NCBI GenBank assembly: GCA_013239625.1
Contig: MU053584.1
Coordinates: forward strand, 1-64,000
Direction of reading: 5' to 3'
DNA: 64,000 nucleotides
Source of the DNA: Lama guanicoe
Taxonomy: Eukaryota
Shown here piece after piece: positions 62,949 through 64,000 of this stretch. Positions within the stretch are counted from its first letter, which is position 1. Every line of letters starts with the position of its first letter. The notes below the pieces were generated by a model that was given only the letters and a program-made list of their open reading frames with translations, did no database searches and was not told the DNA's origin. A program made the position numbers and the translations under genes.

Positions 62949-63850
62949 GGGACACCAGACCCGCCCCCGGGGACACGAGAGCCAATCCGAGTGCACGCTT
63001 CCTGGCCCCGCCCCTCCCTCCACCCACCCTAAGGTCAGTTTGCCAGGCGGTCAGGCGGCAGCATGTCGGAGCAGCTGGCGGTTCTGCGGTTCTCGCGAGC
63101 AGCGCCGGCCTTGCTCCCTCCGGCCAGCGGCGGCGGCGGCGGCAGCGCAGTCCCTCCGGGAGGCGCGGTGTTGGCCGAGCGGCGGCCGCGGAGCTTCTTG
63201 TCCAGCGCGGCGGCGGCGGCGGTGCGGCCCCGAGATGGTGCGTGGGCAGGTGTTCGACGTGGGCGGCGCTCCAGCAACCTGCTACACCGGCGAGGGCTCC
63301 CCCGGCGTCCTGTGGTGAGTGTCCGCGCCCCGCCTGCCGGCCGCGCCCGCCCGCGCGTTCCCCCGTCCGGCATCGGCGGGCGCAGCTGCGGCGTAGGCCC
63401 CGAACCCGCGACCCCAACCGCGAGCCCGGCCCCAACCCCAGCAGGATTGCCCCGCCGTCCGCGCACCGGGGGTCTCGGGCGGAGCCAGGCGGCTCGCGCT
63501 GGGGCGTTACTCGTGGCGCTTCCCGGGCCGGCCCTCGCTGGGCGCGTTGAGTAGGGGAGTGGCGAGGGGGTGGGAGGTGGAGGCCGGGACCCGGGCACTC
63601 AGGGACTCTGAGGACCGTAACAGGGCCCCGACCCCCGGGTGCTCCCCGCGCGGCTTTCCCTTGACGTCCGACTGGGAAGCCAGTAAGTCCTGAGAAGCTC
63701 GCGGCGGGGCCGTGGTCTGGAAAGCGGTCGGCAGCGGCGTGTGTGCACAGCCCCGAAATCATCTTGTTTGCCCCCCTCGCCTGCGTTTTCCGCGGCCGGC
63801 TTTGCTTGAGCCCCTTCCGTGCTGCCAGGGCTGCTCTCCTGCGCAGCCTT
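62949..63850 (+). promoter_or_regulatory. CpG island with TATA-less core promoter (GC boxes, CCAAT box) of MAPK1 origin
   Basis: Abrupt switch to very GC- and CpG-rich sequence. CCGCCC at 62961-62966, CCAAT at 62982-62986, GGCCCCGCCCC at 63004-63014, followed by MAPK1-like 5'UTR. Confidence 0.85.
63010..63314 (+). pseudogene. MAPK1: Degenerate unprocessed copy of MAPK1/ERK2 exon 1, followed by intron 1
   Basis: A (GCG)n tract, then [29 protein letters not shown] and TG|gtgagt, versus recalled [40 protein letters not shown] with a phase-2 donor at the same position. The native first ATG is absent. Confidence 0.9.
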
Positions 63851-64000
63851 TCTAAGCAGTATGAGCGGCTGTAGTGTTGGTGTGGAGTGTTTCAATCTTG
63901 AAGTTTTAAAGTGGATGTTGATGTGGTACTGTTCCCGCTTCAGGAAGGATAAGTCGGCGTTCCTGTCTTGATTTCTGCAGGGGTCGTTTGGAGTTGGGCC

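Noticed and set aside
63010..63314. Processed (retro) pseudogene of MAPK1, or MAPK3
   Set aside because: Promoter boxes and the intron-1 donor are present, so it is not processed. [10 protein letters not shown] matches ERK2 rather than ERK1 (recalled MVKGQPFDVG).
62920..63762. 280-aa and 187-aa minus-strand ORFs over the CpG island
   Set aside because: Expected from the scarcity of stop codons in very GC-rich DNA; no homology recognised.

Overview
Mammalian genomic DNA, probably from a camelid, judging by two vic-1-type tRNA-derived SINEs. There is one assembly gap (478-855). The window holds no complete intact gene. It is a same-strand (+) mosaic of three intron-containing gene fragments whose human orthologues lie on three different chromosomes. 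(1) USP3 exons 3-11 (2354-29705): reading frame open through exon 10, a compensated frameshift in the ZnF-UBP exon, no exon-10 splice donor, and no exons 12-15 (His box). (2) Six COL12A1 fibronectin type-III exons (38312-45386): the first two are open and phase-compatible with USP3 exon 11, the later ones carry a stop and frameshifts, and about eight exons are missing internally. (3) After ~12 kb of stacked L1 fragments, a MAPK1/ERK2 CpG-island promoter, exon 1 and start of intron 1 (62949-64000), with the native start codon missing. The simplest reading is a segmental-duplication hub that may yield chimeric transcripts; an assembly chimera cannot be excluded from sequence alone. Gene identities, exon numbers and reference peptides come from my recollection of the human genes, not from a database search. 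Repeat family names are pattern-based and their boundaries approximate.
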